Shown one piece after another: positions 1-11,097 of a stretch of DNA of 64,000 nucleotides. The position numbers and the translations under genes are program-made. The notes beneath the pieces are model-generated. The model saw only the letters and a list, made by a program, of their open reading frames with translations. It was not told the DNA's origin and did not search any database. The stretch covers positions 1 to 64,000 of the forward strand of contig JAUGWO010000124.1 in assembly GCA_049724395.1 (NCBI GenBank), in the 5' to 3' direction. The stretch comes from Spongospora subterranea f. sp. subterranea. Its lineage: Eukaryota. How positions within the stretch are numbered: the first letter of the stretch is position 1; every line of letters begins with the position of its first letter.

Positions 1-613
1 TGCCCAATTCTGGATGCATGTTCTGAAGTCTTGGTATGGTATGGTATACAGAGGATTGCGGGTTCTTATGGGTTGAGTAAGCCTGATGACCAGGCTTTCC
101 CTACTTCCGCCTGGCCGCTACAAGTAGCTTGGGTATCCAAAGAAGGAACATATTAGACCAGCTGGATTCAGCAACATAATCTGTCCTAATGACCACACCG
201 AATGGGACCTGCCCCCACCTGATTACATTGCCTATCCAGAGTTTCCGAGTTTACTGCAAGCAGATCGCTCTCCTCACATTCATTAGAGGCCAACGTGGTC
301 AGACCTTCGTGCTCAACATTCACTCTACTTTTCCTATTGGATGCAACCTTGGGGGGGGGTCTGCCAAAATTCCATCATTCACGGGGTTTCGAACTCATGT
401 CCAACACTCGCCCGGACATGCCTGCCACCAACAGGAGCAGATCCGAACCAAGGTTTTCTGAAGTCTTACACATTCAACGGAATCTCTCCTCGTCACGTCA
501 TCCTGAATCAGACGGTCAAAAATAGCGAGTAAATCAGGTTCTCGAATCATACTTGCGTTGTTTTATTAGCTATCGTCAAAACGACTGGGTGGATATTCTA
601 CCCATGGCTGAAT
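1..613 (+). pseudogene. Ty3/Gypsy integrase core fragment, interrupted by the 33-455 insertion
   Basis: 1-32 and 456-613 are near-identical to the integrase core at ~22606-22784 (QFWKHLLKSLHIQRNLSSSRHPESDGQ...WVDILPMAE). Confidence 0.85.
33..455 (-). mobile_element. Non-LTR retroposon insert, putative SINE
   Basis: 12-bp target-site duplication TTCTGAAGTCTT (21-32, 456-467). On the minus strand it ends in a (CATAC)n tail and has a B-box-like GAGTTCGAAACC about 60 nt from its 5' end. Confidence 0.7.
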
Positions 614-1380
614 CGACAACAATTCTTTGTCGTAAATCTCATAGTTCAATTCGGCAGGAGTGAATTTACGGGAGTAATAAGCTACAGGATGTAAGCCATC
701 GGGGTGCTGTTGAGATAATATAGCGCCCAGGGCAAAATCGGATGCATCGGCCTCCACTACGATATCCAATTCGAGATCGAAATGCGTAGGACCGGCGCCG
801 AGACGAAGGCAGACTTCAAAGATTGGAATGAAGCATCGGTATTGGAATTCCACTGGTATGGGACGTTATTCTTCGTTAAAGAGAATAGGGGATGAGTGAT
901 GCGAGAATAATTTTGGATGAAACCGCGGTAGCAATTTGCAAACCCCAAAAATGATTGGAGTTCTTTAACTGATTTAGGAACTGGCCATGTAATGATAGCA
1001 GAAATCCGTTCAGGATCCATAAACAAACCACGAGATGATAGGCGGAAACCCAAAAAATCAATCTCGGCCGCATGAAAAACGCACTTGCTAAGTTTGGCCA
1101 ATAGACTATGTCGACGAAGAATTTGCAAAACAGTTTGAACATGCTGTACATGTTCGTCAACGCTTGGGGAGAATATAAGAATGTCGTCAATGCAATAGTG
1201 AAATATATCATTCATGAAACGCTGGAAACCGGCAGGTGCATTGGCCAGGCCAAAAGGCATGACCAAGTACTCAAACAAACCGAATTTGGTCCGAAAAGCT
1301 GTTTTCCACTCGTCGCCTTCTCTGACGCGAACGAGATTATAAGCACTACGAAGATCGATTTTAGAGAAGACCCTTCTGTG
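614..1380 (-). pseudogene. Tf2-like Gypsy reverse transcriptase/RNase H fragment
   Basis: Motifs [57 protein letters not shown] and YEIYDKELL; frameshifted and deleted. Confidence 0.9.
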
Positions 1381-1539
1381 CAGTTCAGATTTCCATAAAA
1401 CGTGAATCCCGGAGGGGTACCCTTTAATGCGCGATACTTTCTTCATTTCCGCTCACCAGGTTAGAAATATTTATCGTCGAATTGCGGCCATAAACTAATT
1501 ATATACTGTATACATTTAGCGAAATCAGATTGACCCGAC

Positions 1540-1960
1540 TTCTGTTCCACAATCAATGGTTTTCCTGAACGATTATTCCCACAAGCAAAAGGGATGTCGC
1601 ATGTTGTACAAGAACGGGGGCTTCTCCCAGAACATCGCAAATGCATTGGTATTTGTAAAGACTGCAAAACTAACTTTTTGGCGTCGAAAACTCAAGAATC
1701 CAGAAATTCCTACATGCTGTCTGACCCGATTTTGGAATTGGAAGCAGAGTTTTCATCAGAATTTTGCCAAAGATCCATGTGAGTTAAACCCAAGTAGAAA
1801 TGGCATGGGAAAGGGCAAAGTTATTTGCCGCGAACATGCGATTATCCGTTTCCCGGCTTACGTAACAAGGCGCCACAGATCCTGGATGAAATTCCATTAG
1901 TTGTTAGGAGGAACCAGGTCCGTTTCGAAATAAACCGAAGTGTATTATTTGAACAGACTA
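1540..1960 (+). pseudogene. Degenerate IS630/Tc1-like DDE transposase fragment
   Basis: Across frames: KGMSHVVQERGL, a CC motif, FLPK-x-CELNP and CDYPFPGLRNKAPQILDEIP. Confidence 0.55.
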
Positions 1961-2040
1961 TACAAGGAGTGGACAAGAATGACCAGCCTTGAGGTCGATT
2001 CTTTCGGAAACTGTGAGTGGAATGCGGTTGAAGCCGCGAA

Positions 2041-4283
2041 TGTTAAGTATATTATACTTGTGTTGCTAACATGACCCCCTCCTTAAGCCAGGGCCCGGCT
2101 ATGGACGGGGATCCACATGAAACCAACGAATCGTTTCCTTTAAGGCCGGTGTGGAACCAAGGTTACGTGCGGGCTCTTACGATCGCTCTGACGGCGGATA
2201 CCCTTCAATCGAGGAGATACTGCAACTGATTTCTATACCAAAACGAGAGTCCAGTACCTCATTGACAATATATAATGGGTCCTTGTGGTCAGAGTCAAGG
2301 ATAAGAGGCGGAGGTGGAGATTGAACGCGCTCTGGGATCTCGTTCTCCTTGTGTGGGGACAGTAGTGCAACATGGAATGCGTTGTGGAGCCGACTGTCAT
2401 GTGATAGGGATAAACGGTAGGTCACTGGGTTGATCATCTCTGTAATGGAGTACGGCCCTAATCTTCGACTACTCAGCTTAGAACTAGGACGGCCAGATGA
2501 AATACCCTCTGATTTCAACCAAACCATATCGCCAACCTTGTAGTTCGGGTGAGGTAGTCGTTTCTTATCAGCGAAATGTTTCATATCTCGAACCGAGCGT
2601 TGTAGTTCTGCCTTGAGGAACATCCGAACTTCATTGATGTGGTTTACTCGTTCATCAGCCGATGGAAGAGTCGCAACTGAACACGATGTGGCGTCGTCGA
2701 AACGGGGGTGAGAACCATAGACCGCATAAAATGGCGTCATCTTTGTCGCCGAATGTTCTGCGTTATTGTAAGCGAATTCAGCAACGTAATGACCAATTCT
2801 GGTAACAGATCCACCCAGTTGTTTTGTTGGAAATTAATGTAACAGCGCAAGTACTGTTCCAACACTTGATTTAGTCTTTCTGTCTGCACATCCGTCTGGG
2901 GGTGTCGCGATGAGGACAGTTTGCGATCAATCTTGAAGCGAGCCAACAGGTGTTTCCAGAATTTCGAGACGAACTGGGGTCCGCGATCGGAAATGATCTC
3001 GTCGGGCAACCCATGTATTTAAAAACATTCGTCAAGAAAACAACTCGGCGAGACCTGCCCCATTTATCGATTCGGTGCAAGGAATAAAATGGCTCATTTT
3101 GGAGAAACGATCTACCACCACCAGGATAGAATCGTGCCCCCGAGACTTCGGCAATCTAACAATGAAGTCCATGGTAATCGAGCGCCAAATGTCCTCTGCG
3201 ATCGGTAAAGGGCAGAGTAGACCGTGCGGTTGATGGCGACTGGACTTTGCTCTAGCACATGTGTCACAGGAGATAACATACCTTTTAATATACTTGGACA
3301 TTCCAGGACACCAGTAGGTGCGTCGTACTGAGTTAAGTGTCTTAGAAATACCGAAATGACCACTCGCTGGGGCATCGTGACGTGCCTTCAATATGTCCAG
3401 TTTACAATCTTCTCCCACCACTACCAGCGATTGCTCTTTGTAGAGGATGCCGTTGTCGAGTCGAAAACTTGTCACAGGAAGCCTTGAAATGATATCCTGG
3501 ACGAAGGTGTCCGACTGCTGGTTAAGTTTGATACGCTCCTCGATCGATTGAGAAGGGTTAATCATCTTGGCACATAATGTAGCTGCAGGAGTAGGTAAGA
3601 GCTGATCCGGTTGAAGTATCCGTAATCTTCGCTGCACCTTCCAGATAGGGTCGGTTGGTTGAATTTCGTATTCGGGACGCCGCGACAACGCATCTGGTTT
3701 TCCTGATTGACTACCAGGTCGGTGCACGATGACGAACGGATATTCGGCGAGCATTAATGACCAACGAGCGAGCTTGTCGGCGACTGAGAGTCTTGGACGA
3801 GGTAAAATAAATCAAATTCATGTGGTCGCTGTACACGATGATTTTGTGCTGTGCTCCTTCCAAAAAATGTCTCCACACTTGAAACGCTACCACGATCGCA
3901 AGTAGTTCTTTGTCATGAACATCGTAGTTCAATTCCGAAACTGTTAATTTTCTCGAATAGAACGCAATAGGATGTGATTTACCGTCCATTTGCGGTTGCG
4001 AAATCACGGCGCCGAGGGCGAAGTCTGACGCATCGGTCTCAATAATGATAGGTAAGATAAGGTCAAAATGCTTCATAACAGGCGCTGATGTGAACGCTCG
4101 TTTCAGGGTCCCGAACGCGGACTCGGCCGCGGCCGACCAATCAAATGGTTGATCTTTTTTCGTCAGAGACGTCAAAGGTGAAGATATTTTGGCGAAATCT
4201 ACGATGAACTCCCTGTAGAAATTAGCAAAGCCTAGGAAACTTTGGACGTCCTTGACTGTTGAAGGTGTCGCCCAATCGAGGAC
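2041..4283 (-). mobile_element. Chromovirus-type Gypsy 3' half (RNase H, integrase, chromodomain-like tail, PPT, LTR stub)
   Basis: [16 protein letters not shown] integrase (HDAPASGHFG...CDTC); IISDRGPQF; GPY motif; polypurine tract at 2072-2085 followed by TGTTAG. Confidence 0.9.
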
Positions 4284-4964
4284 CACTGTCGCATCTGTGT
4301 CTGGTGTATTGACAGGCGTCATATGCACCAATCCTGACACATCATCCCTGATTACTAATAGCCATTGGAAATCATGATATGCACCCTCCTTAAGCGGCAT
4401 CATATACAGGTAATCAAAGTGTAATACTTGATTAGGTCTGCTGCATCCATGACATGCTTCTCCTAGTGGTCGTGGCACCTGCTCACCACCTCTGCTGTGA
4501 ACGCAATGCAAGCATTCCTTGCCGATAGTCCTCACGTCCTCGATCATATTGGTCCAGTAAAACCGTTCCTTAATCAATTGTGCCGTCGAATTGATTCCAT
4601 TATGACCATTACGTGCACCCATATGTGCAATAACACATATCCTTAACCTTAAATCCCGACTACCAGACGGAATAACAATCTGTCCCTGATCATTCACAAA
4701 CAATCCGTTAGTTTGTCTAAGGTTTTCCTGTTCCATTTCCGTTAGCTTATTAGTTTGTTCTGTGCCTATTTCCTGTTCATTAGGGAACACAAACGTTCGC
4801 TCATCCATTGGCCTGACCCTATATTGGCCAATATTAATCGATTCCTCATTGGATTCTGGTTCCATTCCAATGCGATTAACCCTGATCCCATTCCTCCTTT
4901 GGTTTGTGGCGATCTCCTGATCAAGCGTCAAATCATCCTTATTTGACGATCCCCATCTGGTCAT

Positions 4965-7900
4965 TCAGTCTGCCAAGACGTTTTCCTCACCAGCTATGTG
5001 TTCAACCGTATAGTTGAACTTCCTGATCTCCATTCCCCACCGCTCCAGGCGTTGCCCAGCCTGTTTGGTGCACCTAGTTGGACTATACATGGCCGCCAGA
5101 TTTTTATGATCTGTGTATATCCTGAATGGAGTGTCTCCAATTTGAATAAAGTAATCCAACTTCTTTAAAGTGTCCCATATTGCAAAGGCTTCCTTATCCG
5201 GTGTAGACCAATTCAGTTCAGATCCATTGAACCTATGTCCTACAAATCCCAACGGTTCGTGTCCCTGATCATTCCTCGGTTTCCCAATATCCCCAATAGG
5301 AATTTGAGTGACCATCCCTGAGGCATGAAATTCACTGGCATCAGTGAATACACATTGAACCTTATCCTTCATTGGATAACTCAGCTGCGTTTTCCTAGCA
5401 ATTGCGCCTTTGATGTTTCGAAAAGCGTCGATATGAATGTCTCCCCATCCATGCCGGTCTAATCTCACACCACGAGCTACTGCTTTTGTCCGTTTGGGCT
5501 GATTCTTCATTGCTTTTTCATAAATGTCCTGCAATGGTAAAATCAATTTGTTATACTCTGGAATCGACCTATTCATCCATTGTATAGCCATCATGAATTG
5601 CTGTAAATCCCTAGCCGTTTTCGGATATGGCATTCCATTGAGAGCCGATATCCTCCCTGGATCATGACTGACTCCATCTGGTGTGAAGATGCGGCCACAG
5701 AATTTGGCTTCCCTTAAGAACAAATCACATCGTTCAACATTGAACTTAATGTTATGTTGTTCCGCCAATCTCAATGTCCCCTGCAGTGCTTCAAACCATT
5801 TGTCCTCAGTTTCCGCATGACCTAAAATATCATCAATCCAGATGATCAACGACTTATACAACAATTCCTCAAATATTTCATGCATCCTAGCCTGAAACTG
5901 AGTAGATGAATTCAATGCTCCCTGGATCGAACGTGTTGGAGTGTAAACTCCACGATCGGTCATGAATGAAAACATCTCCTGACACTCCTGGTCAAGTGGC
6001 ATAATCCAAAATCCCTTAAACGCATCCAATGAAAACCAATACTTAGACCCTGCTAAGTATCTAACAATGGATTCCAAGAATGGCATTGGCCATGCTGTGG
6101 CCTTGCATAATGCATTGACTTCCCTGAGATCAACACACATTCTGTATCCTCGTTTCCCTGGTTTTCTGACAACTACCACCGGCGAAGCCCACTCCGCATT
6201 GTAGTTCTCATACACCAATCCATATTTGACCAACAACTTGACAAAAGTGTCCAGAAATTCACTTTGTTCTGTGTTGTATCTCCTAGCTTTGCACCTGACT
6301 GGTTCCACATTATCCTTCAAGCATGTCTTGAAAGGTGTCACCTTAGCTGGTTCATCATTACCTAATGATGCCCTCCACACATTACCGTATGTATGGACCA
6401 ATTTCCTTAGTCGACTTTCCCAATGATTTGGTAATCCATTTTGTATAGCGCGCTCAACCAAACCATTCATTGCACCTCGCAATTCCTCAGGAATATTTTC
6501 CCCAATATTCACATCCTCATCAGAAACTTCCAGATCCTGATTTCCCAATCTTGTCCTCAAGATTAAATGCTCTAGGGCTGTTTTTGGGTCTATCCCTAGT
6601 TCCTTTAGCAAATCCTCGCCAATGAATACCTCATCTTTATCCTCGAAAATCCTCATACTTGGCGTATCCCATACCAAACATCTCCGGTTACGAGTGATCA
6701 GCTCGCCCGTTGCAGTTTGTAAAGTCAGGTCTGCATATACCTCATGCGTTGCCTGAGCCCGTGTCTTATCAGGTAATTCCAATGTGACCAGTTCCTTCAG
6801 TTCACATAACCTGATATCAGGATCCATATCCCTTATTTTCATGGCAATTGACATTGGAATAATTGTCGCTTCTGCTCCACTGTCCAATATCCCTGGAAAC
6901 AGTATCCCAGATGCAGCAATCTTCACTTCAATACCACTGTTCCTTGCTTCATCCACATTCCTATGTGGTGAAGACTTATCCAGATTTCCACAATCATCCA
7001 AAGTTCCAGTGTTAACATTGTCGACAACCTTGCCGATTCTGCACACCAATAGGTACTTGGAACCCTGAGAGACTTTATTGCTGCTAAACTGACGTTTCCG
7101 GCGGTCCAGCAGCTCTGCCATCTCCTTCCCTGTCGGCTTGTCAGGACATTTTGCCATGGGATGCCCTTTCTTGCCGCACTTAAGACAAATGATGTCGGGG
7201 TTGTGATTCGAAGTTTGCATTTGGCCCTCGTGTTTCCGCTTTCGGTTGGCACCTGCCTTCCGAATCGGTGCTTTCAGACTCCTGTCATCCAGCTCACTAG
7301 CCGCAAAAGCCTTCACTTCAGCAACGGTCTCCGCCTTGCTGACCAATGTCTTAACAAAGTCCCGCCAACATCGCTGAAGGCTGGTGTTCCGAACCAGTGT
7401 CTCTTCCTTCATTAACGCGCCTAGCTCCGGCGGTTGCAGAACCGCGACGGTCCACCGGACACGATTCTTTACCCCTTCCGGTGAAGAGAAGAGGTTACCG
7501 TACCCCTTGTCTTTAATTACCTTTTCCTGCCTGGCCAGTAAATCCAGCACTGACAGCTTCCCAACCATAGTCCTGGACATCTTAATCGATAGTATGTCCT
7601 TCTGCACGGTACCTGCCGCCGTCGGCAATCCTCGAACCAGCTCCTGCTTGATCCAGTTTCGTACCTCGGTCCCAGTCACAACCCCTGGATCCCTAACCAG
7701 TTCGTGTATAGCGATAACGGCCAGGTGCTCCGGCTCGATCATCGTGACGACGTCTCTTGCTGTGTCGGACCTTCCAGCATCAGCAAGGTGTAAATCATAT
7801 CTTTCCAATTCCTCCAGGAACTTCACCAAATGTTTCCTCTGCATTCCGGCCAACCTTGGCGCGGCAATGGTTTCCATGATGTCACCAGCCCGACCTCGGA

Positions 7901-8030
7901 CTCGATGACCATCACTTCCCTTCCCATTCTGATAGTTGACAGAGCTCGCCTCCGGATCGTCACCCAGATTAATGGGGCTTCCAGCACCCACTTCAGCCCT
8001 CTCCTCATCAACTATCATTGTGACAGTCAT
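4965..8030 (-). CDS. Gag-protease-RT-RNase H polyprotein
   Basis: Zinc knuckle CLKCGKKGHPMAKC, protease ILDSGA, RT WIDDIL and RNase H FTDAS in 1021 uninterrupted codons. Confidence 0.95.
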   Translation of the reverse strand: MTVTMIVDEERAEVGAGSPINLGDDPEASSVNYQNGKGSDGHRVRGRAGDIMETIAAPRLAGMQRKHLVKFLEELERYDLHLADAGRSDTARDVVTMIEPEHLAVIAIHELVRDPGVVTGTEVRNWIKQELVRGLPTAAGTVQKDILSIKMSRTMVGKLSVLDLLARQEKVIKDKGYGNLFSSPEGVKNRVRWTVAVLQPPELGALMKEETLVRNTSLQRCWRDFVKTLVSKAETVAEVKAFAASELDDRSLKAPIRKAGANRKRKHEGQMQTSNHNPDIICLKCGKKGHPMAKCPDKPTGKEMAELLDRRKRQFSSNKVSQGSKYLLVCRIGKVVDNVNTGTLDDCGNLDKSSPHRNVDEARNSGIEVKIAASGILFPGILDSGAEATIIPMSIAMKIRDMDPDIRLCELKELVTLELPDKTRAQATHEVYADLTLQTATGELITRNRRCLVWDTPSMRIFEDKDEVFIGEDLLKELGIDPKTALEHLILRTRLGNQDLEVSDEDVNIGENIPEELRGAMNGLVERAIQNGLPNHWESRLRKLVHTYGNVWRASLGNDEPAKVTPFKTCLKDNVEPVRCKARRYNTEQSEFLDTFVKLLVKYGLVYENYNAEWASPVVVVRKPGKRGYRMCVDLREVNALCKATAWPMPFLESIVRYLAGSKYWFSLDAFKGFWIMPLDQECQEMFSFMTDRGVYTPTRSIQGALNSSTQFQARMHEIFEELLYKSLIIWIDDILGHAETEDKWFEALQGTLRLAEQHNIKFNVERCDLFLREAKFCGRIFTPDGVSHDPGRISALNGMPYPKTARDLQQFMMAIQWMNRSIPEYNKLILPLQDIYEKAMKNQPKRTKAVARGVRLDRHGWGDIHIDAFRNIKGAIARKTQLSYPMKDKVQCVFTDASEFHASGMVTQIPIGDIGKPRNDQGHEPLGFVGHRFNGSELNWSTPDKEAFAIWDTLKKLDYFIQIGDTPFRIYTDHKNLAAMYSPTRCTKQAGQRLERWGMEIRKFNYTVEHIAGEENVLAD

Positions 8031-8187
8031 TGGTTAGACGCCAAACGCGAATCAAATGCAGATGCAAATGTTTTTGCAAAAAGATCTTTGTAGCGTTTCC
8101 ACGCTGGAATCCGTTCCAAATTCAATGTGTGTATTAGCCATTACTTCTCTATAATTGCTTTAATACGCACTTCTTCCCTCTATACAT

Positions 8188-10762
8188 ATGACCGCATCAC
8201 CCGCATCACAGGCCGCATCACCCGCATCACAAGCGGAGAAGGCTGCTGCGCAGCCTTCTCCGCTTGAACGGTCCGTACACGCACCACCAACGGAGAACGC
8301 TGCTGCGCAGCCTTCTCCGCCTGAACGCCCCGCCACTCGGTCCAGGGCCCGTCGTCAGACCAACATTTGCGCCATGGAGCGTACGATCGTGGGCGCCATT
8401 CGTCCCGACCGAACTGGCAAGAAGCGGTTCAAGCTCTCGCAAGCTCAGCTTGAGCTTGTACAAGCAGGAGTCGATGACGTCCTTGCGCGTATGAACTTGA
8501 CTAGGCGGCAGAACGTTCTCCCTAGTCAGAGTTGGGTGGACGGACTTGCCGTCGAGGAGAGCACCAAGCGAGCGTACGATAAGCACCTCCGCGGCCTACT
8601 GTATTTCTTCGGACTGATTGGGGACTTCGAGTCGCTGATAATCCTGCAGCCGGATGCGCCGCACAACGTTCCCGCCATGAACGTTGACTCAATCCGTAAG
8701 GGAACCACGTTTGGCTTCTTCGTGCCGAACTGATTGCTCTTTCTCAGTACTTTATCTTGATTGGCGAACTCTTGAGGAAGGGACTCATCTGCAGAGGGCT
8801 GATGGGACAGCGGTACTGGATACGTTCGGTGCTCAAATCCTGTCGTCTGGATCTTGGTTAGATCCAGATAACGTCACGCAGATGGGCTCCGCTCTCAAGG
8901 CGATCCATCAAAAGTTCGACCATAGGGGCGCCTATCAGGGAGTATGCCCTGATTGTCAGTTGCAACGTGCGCTGACTCCTCCCAACCGACTCGGATGCGA
9001 TAGGCATTCGCCAGCGCCATTAATCTGGCGAAAAGGAGTTCCGACCCAATCGACGGTTTTTGAAAACGCGTTCAAGCGCATCAAAAAGGATTTGAAGGAT
9101 TACAGAGCGAATGGGGATACCCAACTGACTCCGACTGAGGTGCTTATTCTTCGCGATTACTGCATGAAGGAGAACGACCCGTACTTTTTCATGGTCTACA
9201 CGATATTCATCGTGTTTGTGAAGATGTTCATGCGCAACGACGATGCCAAAAACCTCGACTTTAACGATTTTGAAGAATCGTTCTTTGTTGTAAGTCCTTT
9301 GACTTTTGCATTTTTTTATCGATTTCATATGTTGCTCTGAAGTTCATTCAAAATACCGAATAGCAGAATACTTTTTTTTTGGTTACTTGTTGATAGTTTT
9401 TGTTGAATTTAGATTAACAACAATGTCGTGGAGAAGCTGGCCGTTTGGGTTGATGGCAAAACGGAGAAGCGCCACGACACGAAGTCGCTCCTTTTGCTTC
9501 ATCGTGACCGCGATGTCCCCGAGTTTGATGCTATCTCGCATTTGCTGGCTCACGTTGGATCCCTTCAACTGACTAGTGGATGCTTGTTTCCCGGCAAGCG
9601 ATGGTTCAGTTGTGGACGAAAGATTGAACATTTGCGGCCGATCACATACGACGAGTTCAACAAGGTTTTCCAGGAGCTTTGCCGACGTCTTCTTCGTCGT
9701 CGGGGTCCTTTCGGCGTCCATTGCGCGCGAAAAACCGCATATCTGTTTGCAGTGTGGTATGGCGCAAATCTCATTGAAGCAATGAAAGCAGCTCGCCATG
9801 CGGCCACAGTCAATGCAACCCGATACTACAAGGATGCGGGAGCCGTGATCAATCTGATCAAAGCCACAACGCCGTAAGCGATTAACAGGGTTATTTGCAG
9901 AAAATGAATGCGTTTGTCCAGTGACGACATCGTGAGCCGAGTACAGCCAAAATGGCAACCGGTCTTCGTTGAAAGCGGGCATGTTGTCAGGGAAAACTTG
10001 ACCATGCACTCACGACGTCCGGGGAACGAGCTACGCAGCTTGGTTGTTTTGGCTTCTGAGTATATCCAACGTCTACAATCGCGGCACTTCCTCGGATTTG
10101 ATGATCATGGGCATGGTATTAGCTGCCAACTTTTAAGTCAGGCAATTCTTCAACGAGAGGAAGTCGTCGACGACCCATTCCAGAGATACGCCAGTGCTCT
10201 ACAGAGAGCAAGGGCGAGTATGCCTGAATTGATGGTCGAAATCGACCGCGCTGTACAGGACATGTTAGAACATGTTCGCCAATCTGCAACAGTTACTGCT
10301 GCTGCCGTAGCCAATGTAGAATCGGTAACTTGTTCTGATCTCAATTACTCCATTATAAGTCATTCGTGTATTATGGTATAGATCGAGCGAGCTGGTGACT
10401 CCCTCCTCAGCAATGAGCCGTTGGTTGCATCACAGGCGGTAGAGAAGCGTCGGCAGCAAATGTTCGGCGACTTCGACATCGATCGTTCGCAACTGGGCAA
10501 GCTTAAAACCAGCCAAAAATTACAATTTTTGGTGGAGATATGGCAGCAATGCCATGCTGTTGATAGCGCCCGATTCTCAAACCCGTTCCGGTTGTTTTTT
10601 TCGCAATCGTTACGACCGTTGATGGAGTGCCTGACGGGCCATTTCCAGGGAGATCAAGCCGCTTTTACAGAGGCTTGGTCCACCCAGAAATGTAGGCACC
10701 GATTATTCGGCCGAGATTTGTGCAATGGCAAGGAGCGTTGCACTTTGACACGAACTCTGTAA
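8188..10762 (+). CDS. Tyrosine recombinase, 5 exons, 764 aa
   Basis: Exons 8188-8695, 8748-9289, 9413-9873, 9922-10324 and 10382-10762 join in frame through GT-AG introns (2295 nt). Catalytic pattern: R (MFMRNDD), K (DGKTEK), HxxR (HCARKT), H (ARH), Y (TRYY). Confidence 0.85.
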
Positions 10763-10772
10763 ATTATTCTTT

Positions 10773-11097
10773 ATAAAACCCACTGCGGATAACCCGCCCG
10801 TTGGATCATTGTTGATTAACCCCATTGGGTCATTATAGAACCCCCATTGGAGTCATTGTTGATAGAATTCCCGTCCGGTTGAGTCATTGTTGAATAGAAC
10901 TTCTGTTGAATTCCGGTTTGCATCATCGATGATAAAACCCCCGGTTGAGTCATTGTTGAATAGAACTTCTGTTGAACTCCCGTTTGCGTCATCGACGATA
11001 AAACCCCGGTTGAGTCATTGTTAATAGAATCTCTGTTTGTATTAAATTCCCGTTTGCGTCATCATTTAATGATAAAATTCTTTGGGTTGAGTCACGA
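10773..11097 (+). repeat. Subterminal tandem repeat array
   Basis: GGTTGAGTCA recurs at 10877, 10943, 11008 and 11085 (period 66, 65, 77 bp), with shorter degenerate subunits upstream. Confidence 0.9.

Noticed and set aside
4965..10762. DIRS-type retroelement (RT plus YR)
   Set aside because: The RT polyprotein has a protease and a DDE integrase (Gypsy type), and the YR gene is on the opposite strand with introns.
10773..11097. CRISPR-like array
   Set aside because: The intervals between repeats are themselves repeated rather than unique spacers; no cas genes; eukaryotic context.
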